This document shows, piece by piece, positions 63,080 through 64,000 of a stretch of DNA of 64,000 nt; positions within the stretch are counted from its first letter, which is position 1, and each line of letters opens with the position of its first letter. Position numbers and translations under genes: made by a program. The stretch is from assembly GCA_002633005.1 (NCBI GenBank), contig NMRA01000454.1:279733-343732 (forward strand). Direction: 5' to 3'. This DNA is from Phoronis australis (taxonomy: Eukaryota > Animalia > Phoronida). The notes beneath the pieces were generated by a model. The model was given only the letters and a program-made list of their open reading frames with translations. It searched no databases and was not told the origin of the DNA.

Positions 63080-63396
63080 TCAACATAAATCACACAGTAT
63101 ACCATGCTCACTCAAGTACTGAAGGTCCTCTTCATTCAAGTTTTCATCTGGGAAGGTTGGATGAAAACAGAGGAGATGACAATATCGATGACAGTTGTAA
63201 CACCTTAGATAGATATTACCGTTCACCAACGTTGTCACGAACCCTGCATCGTTCAGTTCTTGTTCCTGTATCCACAAATAATCCTGAACTGTAGGAAAAA
63301 ATGACAAACAACACAACGAATCAAATTTCGAAAATCATCGCCTTCGTGCGATTCCGTGTTGCTGTCACCAGACTGATGTTCTTCTCCAACGTCCAT
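63080..63396 (-). CDS. Small PHD-finger-like (C4-H-C3) protein of about 105 aa, requiring a -1 frameshift near 63296-63301 (or a pseudogene)
   Basis: MDVGEEHQSGDSNTESHEGDDFRNLIRCVVCHF/FPTVQDYLW..IYLRCYNCHRYCHLLCFHP..GILCDLC* gives Cx2C..Cx2Cx4Hx2C..Cx2C only when the two frames are joined. Confidence 0.65.
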
Positions 63397-63889
63397 CGTA
63401 AAAAATCGACGTTGCAAGTGATGGAAACTTGTCTACGCTCTCGTCCTTTGTTTCTAACCTTTAACCCATTTTTTAATAAAGGGGTGTACTGTTTTTGTCT
63501 CATGTTGATAGTGCATAATCTATGGTTTTACAATGTATTAATCGTGTTAAATGCATATATATGAACTGGTCTCATTGAGGTGCACAGCAAATAAATTAAC
63601 TATAACAAATTAAAGTTTTGAAAATATAAAGAGCAGTAACAGACTCCCTAAAAATCAGGCTTGTTTTCGAAAGGTTTGCGCCATTGGTGATCCGATTAGT
63701 TCAATCGCTTGCGGCGGGAAAATGATAGACCCAGTTATTGTGCGCGTGTACACTGTATCAATGCTTTGTATCTTATTCTTATTTGTCTAATCTGTTGATA
63801 CAGTAAATTTCCTTATTTATGCCCATCCTGATTTAACCCCGACTTGAGCTCCTTGGGTTCTACCATATTGGGGCTGTCCAGGGACTCAC

Positions 63890-64000
63890 GTGCATGCGCG
63901 CACCCAGTCTTCAAAATGGGGGGCTCGAATTCCTGACGTTATGGACCTGTTGTTAACAAGAGAGCGGGCAGACTTTTTTGCCCACTTCGCCAAGGGGGGG
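63890..64000 (+). repeat. Interspersed repeat also present near 26045-26170
   Basis: catgcg(t/c)gcacccag..aaaatggg..gggctcgaatt..tggacct is shared by both loci. Confidence 0.65.

Noticed and set aside
62900-63600. Histone gene upstream of the stem-loops
   Set aside because: I saw no Lys/Arg-rich histone-fold sequence in the minus-strand frames; the ORF is acidic and Cys/His-rich.

Overview
Animal (invertebrate, probably marine lophotrochozoan-like) genomic DNA from a draft assembly with N gaps; it is intron-rich, not prokaryotic. Most of 1-40.2 kb is the 3' part of one very large plus-strand type I membrane protein gene, whose 5' end lies upstream of the window. I assembled it by eye from GT-AG exons, and every internal exon is phase 1-1. 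Its order is 4 FN3 exons, 2 EGF-like exons, a short linker exon, 5 two-exon SEA-like modules (6 counting a 1848-bp duplication that may be an assembly artefact), about 27 MEGF10/SREC-type EGF-like repeats, a 33-nt micro-exon, then a TM helix and an acidic Tyr-containing tail ending at 40226. A second, miniature gene of the same design lies at 53725-59876 (signal peptide, 2 EGF, 33-nt micro-exon, TM, Ser-rich tail). Introns and intergenic DNA carry transposon relics: Kolobok-like THAP/KolX derivatives, a Penelope-like RT/GIY-YIG element with a degenerate hammerhead ribozyme, an RNase H fragment and MITEs. The most unusual signal is at 62990-63396 on the minus strand: a small non-histone PHD-finger-type ORF, split by a U-UUU-UUC -1 frameshift, that ends in two tandem replication-dependent-histone 3' stem-loops plus an HDE-like element, with E2F/CCAAT-like motifs upstream. 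All calls are manual; no database searches were run.
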